Below, piece after piece: positions 37,278 through 49,359 of a stretch of 64,000 bases of DNA. Made by a program: the position numbers and the translations under genes. Numbering within the stretch: position 1 is the stretch's first letter; each line of letters begins with the position of its first letter. Below the pieces are notes generated by a model, which was not told where the DNA came from, searched no databases, and saw only the letters and a list, made by a program, of their open reading frames with translations. The stretch comes from Bigelowiella natans CCMP2755. Its lineage: Eukaryota > Protista > Cercozoa. The stretch lies in the NCBI GenBank assembly GCA_000320545.1, contig ADNK01001154.1:1-64000 (forward strand). Reading direction: 5' to 3'.

Positions 37278-39017
37278 CTATTTCTTCAAAGATTTCACAA
37301 TTTTTTGCGAAAGATTGGAAGTATCAGATTCATTAAGAGTGTTCACGATCTCCACTGAAATATGACGATCCCCTGCGTTACAATACACCCATCTTCAAAC
37401 ATTGTATCGACTCTTTGCGGACGATGTTACAGCATAGAAAGAAAGATTACACACCATATGGTATTTTTTCTTCAGGACAACACTCATCTCATCCCAAAAT
37501 CCCATTGAATTCTTGTCAAAGAAACGACCGACATACTCCAGAGGGTGATGCATACATCAGACAACCAGCTTTCGAAGAAAATGAGAACGGTATTCTTGAG
37601 GAAACAGACGGTGTTGACCTTTAACTTTGCTCAGAAACTCCCCCTTGATGAAGTCAATGGTCGACGAGACATCTACGCATTTCTTGGCGGCTGGATTATC
37701 TTTAAACGCCGAAGATTCCGACGTAAACGTAGACTTTGAGAGCTTCTCCCGAAGCAGATCAGGCTTGGTGAATACGAGGATGATATTACTCTCTTTGTGT
37801 GCCTTCCAGTTGAGGACAGATTCCCAGACCTTGAGTGCTTCCAGCATGCAGTTGGCATCGGCTTTTTCACGAAGAGTCTGTAGCAGCACGATTCACACCC
37901 ACCCACCAGTCCGACTTTGTCAGCAAATACAAATAGACACAAGTGATCGGACCATACAAAAAAATAACATGGATATAGACAATAATCTCTCTCTCTCCCT
38001 CTCTCTCTCTCTCCCTCCCTCCCTCTCTCCCTGACTTGGTGTTCGTGAGGAAAAGGGATCACAGGAATAAAGATAGGGGAAGGAGTAAGGTTAGGGTAAG
38101 GGATGCTCTGGTTAATGGTCACCACCTCGTCAAAGCCGCATAATGAGACACAAAATATAATCGTGTTGTTTTCTTGATTGTTTTCTGCCAAATGACGATT
38201 CCACTTTTTGCGTTCACTCCTCATTCCACCTACATCCATTACCTGGTATCTTTCGCCTAATTGTAATAGCAGAGAGTCAGCATATATACAAAAAGGGACT
38301 TCATATAAGATTTTATGAACGTTACCTTCATCCGTGTCAATGTTTGTCAATCCGAAGCCAGTGGTTTTCGCACGCATTTTTAGTATATCCTACACATTTT
38401 GGGGAATTAACGTTAGTTTAATAGAAATCCGAGCTAAAATGGAACATCGAGCATTTCACATACATTAAAGCTTGGAGTGTAGCCTTTTTCAGCAATCTTT
38501 TCTGCGTTTTCAAGGAGCTCATGACCATAGTGGTCAAAATCGTCATCCAAGACCGATGTTGATGCCTCTTTAATTCGGTCATGAGCCCAAAACTGACTTA
38601 CAGCTGCAGCAACTTCAGGGGTGAAACGATTTTTTTGGGTTTTTTTTTTTTCTTCTTCCGAATCATATTTGTCGATTGCTTTCTTTGGCTCCCTGAGTTC
38701 AATCGGGACTTCATTGTCTTCAGCAAATGCTTGTTTGATGATTTTTTGCATCATATCAACGATATGATATTGTATGAGATCAGTGTAACTATCTCTTTTT
38801 TTTTTTTTAAATTCATCCGGGCCTTGGAGGTTCTATCGGGTTGAAATGTATCGGGTTTAGAATCACTGATATACGAACTAGATGAAAACTAATCACACCA
38901 CAGTGCTACCAATTTTAAGGTCGTCTTGCCACTGCCGCCACAGCCGAGAAACAGCGCCTGCCCTAGAGAAGCTTTTTCTTCAGTCGCCTTCACTTCGGCA
39001 CCCATTCTGGCCCCCAT
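37278..39017 (-). CDS. Divergent heterotrimeric G-protein alpha subunit; multi-exon
   Basis: MG start; P-loop GCGGSGKTT; helical domain; DILKMRAKTTG; DVGGMRSERKKW; IIFCVSLCGFDE; ILVFTKPDLL. Confidence 0.88.
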
Positions 39018-40477
39018 GCTGTCCAGATATTATCTTGTTGTTGTTGTTGTTACTGTTGCCATTGTTGTTATTTATCATTCAAAAAATAGTGGGAAAATTG
39101 CCCGTAATTTTCACGGGCAATTTTCATACTATTTTTTGAGAATTAAAAAAAAAGAAGCCTCACATATCGTATCAGTTTCAGCCTAAGCGCATGTATCACG
39201 TGTACCAGATGCGGTTCTCACTTTAAGTTAGTTCGAGGCACTGTATTTCGTAGATCTACATTGCAAATGTCTTGTAACTTTTTGGAAATTTTTCCTTGGT
39301 ATCTCCTTCGAAAGTGCCCTGAAATCAAAGGTAAATTAGTCGTGCGACGGAAAGAAACATTGAGATTTGTTTGTAGATCCGCTGCGTTTTCACCTGCCAG
39401 AAGGCTGGATGCCCAAATCGATTTCGGAAATGTAGTTCATTGTCATTGTTCATTGTTCTCGCTGGAGTGGATGGGACACTGTCTAGTGATGTTTAAATGT
39501 CGAAGAAACACATGGCATTTTGCTACTTGCGCCATCAAATTTAGATAATTCTAACTTATTAGAACTCATCATGATTCCCGGAATGCTGTTTTAGCATCAC
39601 GTTGATCTGTCGCTATCCACAATAGATCAGCGCGTGCTCGTGCTTGCATGGCGTCGCCGTCACATTGAATGTAAGAGTGGCGCCTGGGACCTGGTTTGTC
39701 TGCCTGCTCCTCCTTTTCCCATGCTTCTCATTCCCATTGAAACTGAAGTCTCACTGGATGCTCCCTCGGATGCACCGGCCGTGGACCATCGTGTAGATGA
39801 TGCAAGCTAGCCACGCAGGCATGCATCATGGGCACTGTCAAAACAGCAAAGCGAGCCACCGGCAGGCTTGACTACTGCTTTGCTAAGCATCCAGGCTTGC
39901 GGCCCAGAACACGGACTCATCTCTGGAATGCTCTCGTTCGCCCCATCCTCGCGAACATGGCATGGGACTAATTTCGCTAATCCCCCCCATTTCATTAGCT
40001 AAGACCAGTTGCAGAGTGTCCAGACACAGTTCCTAAAAAAGAACCTCAGAGCCCATTTCCAGTCCTTGTGTTTTTTGCTGTCCGAGTGTGGCCAGAAAAA
40101 ATTGCAAGCCCGCTGGGGCACACGGTGGTCCAAAATCAATGCGTAATGATGGCACGAAATCATCAAATGATGATTTTTTCATCACGTAATGACATTTGTC
40201 ATTGCGAGGCAACTAGACAATGGCAATCGAAAGAGTAACGTGTGGTTGCCCAACATGCGATGCATCCGTGCACGCACGCACGGTGCACCTGCAACGATCT
40301 CGCGAATAAGTACACAGCTAACTAGACAATCATGCTCCTCTAGCAGGTCCTAGCTTCAATTCGATCAACATAGATAGTCGCACAAGAGAAAATATCAAAA
40401 TGTACGTGTGAAATGTCTTCGAGTACTAGAGATTACGCGTGTCAACAAAATCATTCAGCTAGATGCAATGCGAGCTA

Positions 40478-41962
40478 TCACCAGAAAGATGGATAACTTC
40501 GAACTGGTAACAAGTTGTTCACTAAGATGCTCATAAAAACTGAATAAACTAGACCAATTGCAACGGAAATAACTAGCATGAGCAATCTTGATTTTAAGAA
40601 ATCTTTTTCTTGCGTAAGTAAAGTCGTGAATATCAGAGACAGTGCTCCTGCTGGAGGATGTGGTATTCGAAGAAGCGACATCAACGTTATTGTCGTAGCA
40701 ACAACAATTCCTCTCTGAAACCAAATAATCCTATCCTCCATGGCAAACCATATCGTGATTGCAACTGTCATTGCAAGAGTATGTGACAGAAATACGATGC
40801 AAGGTTGCGCAAGAGGTGCAGCAGGCAATGCAAAGAGTATGGTGCATAATGCTCCAAAACTCCCCGTGAGAATAAACATATCTGTATTCCCCAGTACTTG
40901 GAAACTGCTGAATAGTTCAAATAAGAGAGAGAGTACACCAATTGTCAAAAACACCCCAAAAAATGTCGCGAGAGCCTCAGAAAATGGCATTCTCTTTGGC
41001 ATCTGAACTATTCCACCATTTGCTTTTGCTATGTAGTTTCTGATCCAATCCGTAATGTTCGGCTCCACAGGAAGATCCCGTGCAAAATCATTAGATTTCT
41101 TAAAGTATGCCTTGGAATGCATAGCCATCACGCTTTCTTTTCTCCGAGGTTGATGAATTCTCCTCACTTCAGGCGCCGAACTGAGGACCTTCCCTGATTT
41201 TTTGGTGTATGCGCCGACCAATCGACAAGTGAAAAGAATTGCTACAAAAATAGCTCGTCTGTTTCTTCTTCTTCTTTGGGAAGTAAAAACTGATCTTTGT
41301 GCCATCATCCTTGATATTGATCCTACACATTCTTGTATAGTCGCAAGATAGGCGCGAAGGAAATGGTGACGTAACGTACCTCGATTTTGGTATAAAATAA
41401 TGACCCCAAGAAATCGACGCTGATGCTTCGAATTCGGATTCTTTGGGTGGAAGTAAAGTGAGATTGAAATCGCACAATCAAAAAGGTCGGCAGCAACTTC
41501 CAGGTGGTCTCCTCCAGAAGGAAAGTAAGGATCGTTTGCTAGCTGCTTCAAATCATGCTCTTCCACCGTTTCTTTCATTCGCCCTAAACCCGGTAGTCCC
41601 ACACCGATGGGATAGGTTTGGTCATCTGCAGTTGAAATTAAATGATGGATTTTTGGTGTTCTTTGTAGGGAATGCCCGTCTGGAACGCATGATGCGTGGA
41701 AGCGGAGACTGGAGGACACTGCCTTAAAATCTGGTGTATATACTTCTCCGTAGCAACCTATGTCGGAACAAGCATATTGTAAAGCCAATTCAAGGCCGGG
41801 GTTGATTTCCTTTAAACTCCTTAGGAGTGGTAGACCAGAATCGCATTCTATGTGCCTTTGCTGCCTTTTTCGCGTTGGTTTCTCCGTCAATTTCTGGTCG
41901 TCTGTACTCACTTGTCCTGGAGATTGAATTGGCGGAGCCGAGAAGTTGAGAGAGGACTTCAT
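40478..41962 (-). CDS. HPP-family membrane protein with an N-terminal GAF-like soluble domain
   Basis: C-terminal GSFGALCTILFALPAAPLAQP and HPPAGA are HPP-family motifs. N-terminal YGEVY...YPIGVGLPG...FLGVIILY looks GAF-like. Confidence 0.85.
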   Translation of the reverse strand: MKSSLNFSAPPIQSPGQVSTDDQKLTEKPTRKRQQRHIECDSGLPLLRSLKEINPGLELALQYACSDIGCYGEVYTPDFKAVSSSLRFHASCVPDGHSLQRTPKIHHLISTADDQTYPIGVGLPGLGRMKETVEEHDLKQLANDPYFPSGGDHLEVAADLFDCAISISLYFHPKNPNSKHQRRFLGVIILYQNRGTLRHHFLRAYLATIQECVGSISRMMAQRSVFTSQRRRRNRRAIFVAILFTCRLVGAYTKKSGKVLSSAPEVRRIHQPRRKESVMAMHSKAYFKKSNDFARDLPVEPNITDWIRNYIAKANGGIVQMPKRMPFSEALATFFGVFLTIGVLSLLFELFSSFQVLGNTDMFILTGSFGALCTILFALPAAPLAQPCIVFLSHTLAMTVAITIWFAMEDRIIWFQRGIVVATTITLMSLLRIPHPPAGALSLIFTTLLTQEKDFLKSRLLMLVISVAIGLVYSVFMSILVNNLLPVRSYPSFW

Positions 41963-42415
41963 TTTAATGGAGATACTCGGTAAGTACGGATCCGTTGAGC
42001 TAGTCCTTGAACAACCCGTGCCAGTCAGCCGAGGGGATGGGTTCTACAGCACGTCCCGCATGATGGGCTTCCTGGAAGAAGAGTGTGGCTCCCCTTCTTC
42101 AGACATCAGTCGAGGATGATAGACTACCGTGCAACATCATTAGGGTTTTGCCAGCAGGCTTTCGGAACGGGCAGTGTAACGCAGTAGTAACGCAGCAGCC
42201 GGATACTCGGTTCACAAAACGCTGTATTTACTGTTAATTTGGGTATATTTGTTGTCGCAGGACACAAAACACCGAACACTTGTACTCCCGAGGAGGTACA
42301 ATCTCGTTGAGCGGGTGTGTGTGTTTTTTGTCGGTGAAATATCGTACCGAACATGCACTTTTCCTCGAAGCTCTCCCCTCACTACTTCGGACTGAAAACT
42401 CACGGCGCCGCCAGG

Positions 42416-43354
42416 ATGGCCTTCACAAAGAAGGTTGGCGATGTGGAAGACCTCTATGACCTTTTCAAGCTGCCCCTCGAGGCAACGCAGAAGCAAATCA
42501 AGAAGGCTTACCGCCTCCTTGCGCTCAAGTTTCACCCGGATAAGCACCCGGAGGAGAAGAAAGAATGGGCCGAGGCCATGTTCGACAGACTTGGAAAGGC
42601 GAAGGACGTGCTCACCGACGAAAAACTGAAGAAAGAGTACGATGCCAAGCTCAAGGTTGCGAAGGATAGGGAGCTTAAATGGGCAGCGGCAAATGCCGAG
42701 GTCAAGAGAATGAAAGAGCAGCTTGAAAAGAGGGAGCAGCAGGCTGAAATGCAGCGGAGAGCCAAACGCCAGAAGACTGCAGCAGATGAAACTAGGAGAA
42801 GAAACCAGGAGATTATGCGTCAAATGCAAGAGGAAATAGAAGCAGAGGAGCTCCAGAAGGATATTACCAGGATACAAGGGAACGCCAACTCGCGTAAAGA
42901 TCAAGGGTGCGTGAAATTGAAATGGGATAAGGGAGATAAACACAGCGAGGAGACTTTATTAGGACTCCTTGCAAGTTACGGCACCATCTCAAAAGTAAGC
43001 ATGGTAGGAGGAAGAAGTGCAATCGTTACTTTCCAGAGGAAGGAAGAAGCAGAAGATTGCTTCTTAGAAGAGACAAGAAAGCGAAAGCAAAAAAAATCAT
43101 CTTTCCGGGTGAAGCTCGTTCGTGAGGATTCGATACAAGAATCAGAAGATGTGGGCATCTCAAAGGGCGATTCGATCTCTAAAAATCCTGTAGCTTCAGC
43201 TGGAGTAGGCGTAGGAAAAAGTTCGAATCCATATGCGAACCTTTTTAAGACAGAAAGTAAAAACAATCAGATAGATAAAAACAGTGATCAGAACGATGGC
43301 GTAGATCTTGATAGCCTTGAGAACGACATTCTAGCACAGATGATGGGCGAATAA
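42416..43354 (+). CDS. DNAJC17: J-domain + RRM protein (DNAJC17/Cwc23-like), intronless
   Basis: J domain with HPD (KKAYRLLALKFHPDK), coiled coil, then VKLKW...YGTI...SAIVTF RRM-like region. Alternative upstream ATG at 42353. Confidence 0.85.
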   Translation: MAFTKKVGDVEDLYDLFKLPLEATQKQIKKAYRLLALKFHPDKHPEEKKEWAEAMFDRLGKAKDVLTDEKLKKEYDAKLKVAKDRELKWAAANAEVKRMKEQLEKREQQAEMQRRAKRQKTAADETRRRNQEIMRQMQEEIEAEELQKDITRIQGNANSRKDQGCVKLKWDKGDKHSEETLLGLLASYGTISKVSMVGGRSAIVTFQRKEEAEDCFLEETRKRKQKKSSFRVKLVREDSIQESEDVGISKGDSISKNPVASAGVGVGKSSNPYANLFKTESKNNQIDKNSDQNDGVDLDSLENDILAQMMGE

Positions 43355-44190
43355 AACGGAAGTACATAGAAATGCTAGTATGATCCTGTAATTTGTCTAC
43401 GCGGCAAATGCTAGAAAATGTCATAAGTTAACAATGCAAGAACTATTAAGTTGTTCAGATATTTGAGAGTCTTCCGAAGCAAATAGGCTTTAGGTACAAC
43501 ATTGATGTCATGCTCGTTTGGTTGTTCTGAGATGCACAGTACAAGCCATACAAAAGCAAACCGTATACATCCCTGTGCCAGTCAGTAGGGTCCCGCCGCA
43601 TGCATCCGCCGAATACGGGGAGCAAAGGTTCTCATTGTACGTAATTCTTGTCTCAAAAGTTTAATAAAGCTTGTGTGTGGTGTGTATGTAACAATAAATT
43701 ATTTTGTTATTACATACACATCACACGCAGCTTTGCACATCAAACATCAAATTCCTTGCTGACATTTTTGTGCATCATTAGCTATGACCAATGCACATTC
43801 GCCGTCGTAGTGCTACATTTTTTGCATTTGGATGATTATCACCACACCACCTATACACCAAACTTAAAACACATGACATCTGCATGACGCGAGCAAGTGT
43901 GTGCAGACCTTGCGCAGCGAGGTGCTAGCTCATACACATATCGATGCATCAATGTACATTGATGGTGAATGGAATACGGGATGGAATCATCGTTTAGTAT
44001 TTCCCAAATTCAATAGTAGAGCAGTCAGCTCTCAATATGTTTTCATTTGCGCAGTACTAGAGTACTAGAGTAGCTAAAAAGTGCATTCGTATTTGGATAA
44101 AATCGGACAACTGCACAATATGTACGATTGTTGTCCTCGTACCGTTCGTCCAGTCATTAAAAGCAAACGGTACTTTAGTCAATTTGATTT

Positions 44191-45405
44191 CTAGACACAA
44201 GAATCTGGACGCTTCTTGTTACAAATTAAAAGCTTCACCTCATCTACTATTTTCTTAAAATTTGGATCCGTCTGTAACTTTTTTAAGTATCTGGCTAGTG
44301 TTTTCCGCAACACGTGTCTTGGTTGCTGCTCAAGAGGGTAGTTGCTAATAGATGCATCTTTTTCCAGAGGTTTGTTAGAACTATTGTTACTGCTTATTAT
44401 GTTTTCACATAATCTCTTCTTGTTTTTCCCATCCCCGGCATCACCTTGATCCTCAGTAAGATTCGTGTTTTTTTTTGGGTCTGAAGTTAATTCATCCTGT
44501 TTGTTGTTTTTAGCTTCAAACTCTTTGGATGAAACAAACTTCGACAGTAACCTTTGGAGTTGCAATTAAAGTATAAATTTATAAGACAAGCACATAGTAC
44601 TTCACAACCTTTTGGAGTACTTGTAGGATGCTTCTGGCGGGAGATTATTCTCCTCATCGAATATGAATGTGAGAGAAAACTTTGTTATATTCATCTTCAC
44701 CTTTGCTACATCGCCAGTTCCTGCTCTCAAGCTATATGCAAACACAGCCTTCGGAAACTGGAACACAACTGTGATGGGATACGTGGATAATAAAGATCCC
44801 TCCTCGAAAACTTGAGTAGATTTACGCGCTCCAGTCTTCTTGTTCGTCCGAACGGAAAGAACTTGAAAATGTGGAACAATCCCTGCTTAGTAAAAGGAAT
44901 GTAATCTTGTTGTTGATACATATTAAATGTGAAAAAAAGATGGCATTCTACTAGTTTTCAGCATACAATTACAAGTTTTAACTTTATGGTGTGCACAAAC
45001 ACATGACTTGCTATCTAAAGTAGCAAGTCTATCAGAAAATTGGGACTGTTCGATTAGCATGTTCCCACCTTTCACAAATATGAATTTAAGTCTGGCCTAT
45101 GGAAGCGATGGAAGCAGTGAAAATAAGACTTTAAAAATACAAATTGTATTTATCGTTCTACATACATTTTTGTTAAGTTTGATGCAGCAAAATCTAGTCG
45201 ATCTTATCCACTCACGTTGGATTCTATGTTCTTCCAGCTCTTTGTTTTCTCGACATACTTCGAGTAAGACACTATTTTTTGAAAAAAAATAGAACTTTAA
45301 ACTTTTATACTCATGTTGACACAATCGCGGGTCTCATAGGAGTGGTGTCTTACCTGAGAATCCCTTAGTTGATTGACCTGCAGAAACTCCACTTGAAGTA
45401 GCCAT
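44191..45405 (-). CDS. REC114/PHS1-like meiotic recombination protein (tentative); multi-exon
   Basis: PH-like N-terminal part (REWIRSTRF, TQVFEEGSL, KFSLTF...LLSKFV) and C-terminal LARYLKKLQTDPNFKKIVDEVKLLI resembling the REC114 L.D.NF..FV..V motif. Confidence 0.5.
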
Positions 45406-46048
45406 TTACAAAATAAAACTAGTTCAATACAAAACGAAAATTGTTGGTAGTCAAAGGCAAGTAAATCAGTTTATCTTAAAAACAATGATGAAGATGCATG
45501 TGGATGTGTGGTGACATCAATAGTTTTAGAAGATCATCGTAATCAATAATTAAACCCACACCGCGCAATCATGTAAGAATGAGATTCGGTGTGTGTAAAG
45601 AAATAACAATGCTACATTTGGGTGGGTTATCAAATCTGGACGAAGCTCCAAGGCATGCACCAAGCTAAAAAGGCTTCCATCTTAGCCTCGCGTCATGGTA
45701 CAGCCATTGATTGTTTGACTTTTCGCACACTTTTCTCATGAAACCGCCTCCGAAATCCTCTGTTCATGGATGCTTGGTGCCGTTTAACCTTGTCGCACAT
45801 GAGGAACGTGTGGCATCACTGTCTCGGAGTCATGTGTACCTGCTCCTCTGTGGCACTCTGTGTTGAAATTTCTCCTCATCACCCACAATTTCCCAACAAC
45901 TTTGCTGTCATTTCACGATTCACGTGGACTGCCGAGCTCACGAACTTTCAGTTGTTGACCTCTTCATTGTGCCCGTGCTGACCAGCGTTGGCAACTTTTG
46001 CAACCTGCATCTTTCTTTCTCTCTGGTGCGATGGTTGTGTTGCACAAC

Positions 46049-46743
46049 TGTTGCGCGTAAGGTGTTCACAGGCCGAGGCGCTACGTGCACAAGTAGGCAG
46101 GGGGGGGGGAAAGGCACGTTTGCTTCCTTTTGAAGAGTTGTGTTTATTTTTATTAAAGATTATATTTTTATTAAATCGTGCACTGCGTAATCATTCGCGA
46201 AGCTTTCGCGAATGCCGCCGCACGTGGGGCAGCACACTTCCGGTGTGCTGCCATGAGTCCCGCCGGAACCCACGTGCCTATGCTGTATTAATATCTACGT
46301 TATCTATATTCTATATCCGCGACAACCCCTTTGTTGTCGCACGTGACTTGTGCCCGCGTAGTGGTACGCGCTACACCTCCCCCAAGTCACATCATGTGTG
46401 TTTCTTCACACGAACTCGTGATGATGCAATTGATCGATGATCAAGAACGCTGTGGTAATAGATTCCTCTCTAACCTTATCTCCTTTGTCGCTTACCCAGA
46501 ACTCACCTTCGTCCTTAGGTTCGTGTCCATACCAGCCCTCTGCATCAAGGTCCCCCAGGACCTTATACCAGTGCTCAAAGGCTGTGTACCTGCCCTCATC
46601 AGCTAAGCACAAAATGTCAAACAAGAATTTCATTGACCATGATTAGCCTGTCCATGTCTCACCTAGCCTAGATAGACAATCTTCATGCGCCAATCGTCGT
46701 TCACCCTGACCTTATTGTTTCCATATTCCACATCGAACTTAGG
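46049..46743 (-). mobile_element. Partial, mosaic copy of the same Gypsy element: 3' LTR + PPT + two internal patches
   Basis: 46049-46375 = LTR (one extra G); 46376-46390 = PPT region; 46454-46581 identical to 10824-10951; 46664-46743 identical to 11038-11117; intervening blocks are unrelated. Confidence 0.93.
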
Positions 46744-46968
46744 CAATAGCAGAGCTACCGACGTTAGTGATTTGTGACGAGCTTGTCTAGTTGTACTTCT
46801 GATTCATGCAAGTTTTAAAAATGTGGTCATATATGAGCTTGCGTGGTTCCTACTCTTTTAAGTATACAAATGTTATGCACGTTTCATATCGCAGCTAAAG
46901 TCTGCCCGTCATCACGTGTTTAGGGTCTTCGTCTTTTGGACTCGTACGGCTCATGAAGATTCTGGACA

Positions 46969-48163
46969 TTACTCGAAGTCAATCACTCCCGTGTAAGACA
47001 GCATCAACTTGATTTGATCAATGAAGTTAACTGTAACAAAACATTGTGTCATTCTCAAGCATTTAAAAGAAATATTATCGAGAATATTATCGAAAATATT
47101 ATCCTCATTAGAGACAGGTAATGTTTTGACCTCCTGTTGCAAATTCTGTAAGCAAGCCGAGGAAAAGTCCCATCATCACCCTAGATTTAAAGTAAAACAG
47201 AGAATTAGATATATTATGCATCATTCCCTGTAACTAAAATTTCAGAATTGAACACCCGAACACCGAAGACTTTCGTGTTTATATGGTGTTTTAGAAATCA
47301 TCAATGACAGGGTACAGAAGGCTTTGACACGGGATCCACATTAGAAAAGCAGAAACACCATAGTTTTTCTGTCCTCAGAAGAGCTGAATCATGCAGAAAG
47401 GAATACTAGTTGAAATCCTCGAGATGATTTTATCGCCTCGAGTGGGATGATAATATTTTGATTAAAAACTTGCAATAGACTTGCAGGGCTGACTATCTAT
47501 CACTCTATGTACAAAACACACCATCTGCCATTAAGCAACTCGTTGTTTGGAGTCCAGCCAAAAACTTGCCTATAAGGAAAAGAGGTATCAGAACGAGGTA
47601 AATCAAAGTTCTTCTTCAAGTTCGGCATCTGCATAAATGAATCGGATTCCAAGAAGGAGCACACATGGAAACGTAGTATTTAACTCTAATCGAATAAAAT
47701 TGCGATGGAACGAAATAGGCGACATTTCCGTATGCAAATGAACGTATGAGTCGGCCTTCGGGTATAATTTTCATTCGATACGTTGAGGTTCAGTATCGCC
47801 TTTCCTCTATGTTCTACATTAATGTCTTTTATAACGAATACACTTTACTTGGCTTCAGTACACTACTTCACTTCAGGGTATTCAACGCTAGTTTTATTGA
47901 ACTAACCTATTACTCTCCGTCCTCTCGAGACCCTTCACACGGTAGTACTTAATCATCTCTTTCGCTCTCTGGAGTAAAAAAATAACGTAAGGGTCAGCCT
48001 GTAATGGCGCTGAGGAAAAACTGCTCATTTGTTGCATGTGTTATTAAGTTTTCTCTCGACCTACCAAGTCATTGATAGTAATTCTCCCCAACATAAATTT
48101 CATCACGAAAAATAAACATTGTAATTTGAACCAGCACTCATATCTCACACATCAAATTGAATT

Positions 48164-48204
<41 letters not shown>

Positions 48205-48609
48205 CGGCGTCTACGGATTACTTCTTTCTGGTCCTCTATAGGCATTGCTCTTGGGGACAGGGAGGATCTTCTAATGGTTGATGCTGCAGAAGAGGCGAAT
48301 TTTGGGCAATAACTCGACATTTTAGATGAATGCGTTCTCAGAGGTGCAGCTGTCCTGGTCCTCATACCAACAGGAGCTTGAAGGCTAGCCTGGATACATG
48401 ATAGCAAAAGGGCGTGTATATAAGCGTTTATAGCTATGGTAGCAATATATGGTGACAATTTTTTGGAGGTGACAATTTTGATTATTGTGACTAAAGGTGG
48501 AAAATTTGTGATATGGAAAAACTAGTACCTCATTCGATCCCGAAGATACAGCAGCTACGATTGCAATTACGCCAACGAATGAAAGCGCCACTATTGTCCA
48601 TTTCAACAT
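46969..48609 (-). CDS. OHP2: One-helix LHC-like protein OHP2 with bipartite plastid-targeting presequence; multi-exon
   Basis: Signal peptide MLKWTIVALSFVGVIAIVAAV plus S/R-rich transit peptide. Mature part PIEDQKERAKEMIKYY...VFGWTPNNELLNGRWVMMGLFLGLLTEFATGVNFIDQIKLMLSYTGVIDFE* contains the ExxNGR chlorophyll-binding motif. Confidence 0.9.
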
Positions 48610-49251
48610 GCTTCTCCTGAAAATTACATTGTCACACAACATTGGAGATTCCTATGGCGCTCATCACGAATCACGGAGAAGGGATTTAAAGGAGCCACGA
48701 AATAAGAATAAACCGACTAGAATGAAGAGTAAAAAGGAATCATACCTGTTAGCTTGCTTTTTGGGCATGGAGAAGGTGTTATGTGTTGGGGCAGGTGCGA
48801 CGTAGATCGAGTGGACGTCCATTGCAGCGGTTCTCGTGGTAAGCGACGAGGTGTGAAGCACGAGCAGTTCTCTCCGAGAAGGATGTACGACGAGATTAGT
48901 CGCCGTTTTGGTTCAGAACTACGCCGCTTTAGCTGATTCCATCGTAAAAATCGCATGCATTTTCTCGCATACAGTTGCCAGACTGGAATGGGCTGGAAAT
49001 TTGTTCGTTGATGTCGCAGGTGTAAAATGTATGAAATTCTATGTAAGAATATTTCGATTGACGTTAATAAAATGTCCTAGATTTCTTTCCTGCGTCAACA
49101 TATTCCCTCTCTTCTTTGCAATCTTGCCGGAGTTACACACCAGCGATGGCTCGCACCGGAACGGACGTGCCAATCGCTCAGCTCGATGTTAACGAAATTC
49201 GAAGCCGGTTGAAAGATCTAGGGTTGAGGTAATGATACCTACAGAGAAGGC

Positions 49252-49298
<47 letters not shown>

Positions 49299-49359
49299 TG
49301 TAAACTTATAACAATGTCTGGATCATCCGATAAAAATACTTTGACGCAGTACTTACGGG

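Noticed and set aside
38836-38910. Apparent 21-nt nucleomorph-like mini-intron in the G-alpha gene
   Set aside because: An ordinary ~74-nt GT-AG intron gives the correct frame (TLKL|NLQGPDEFKKKKRDSY).
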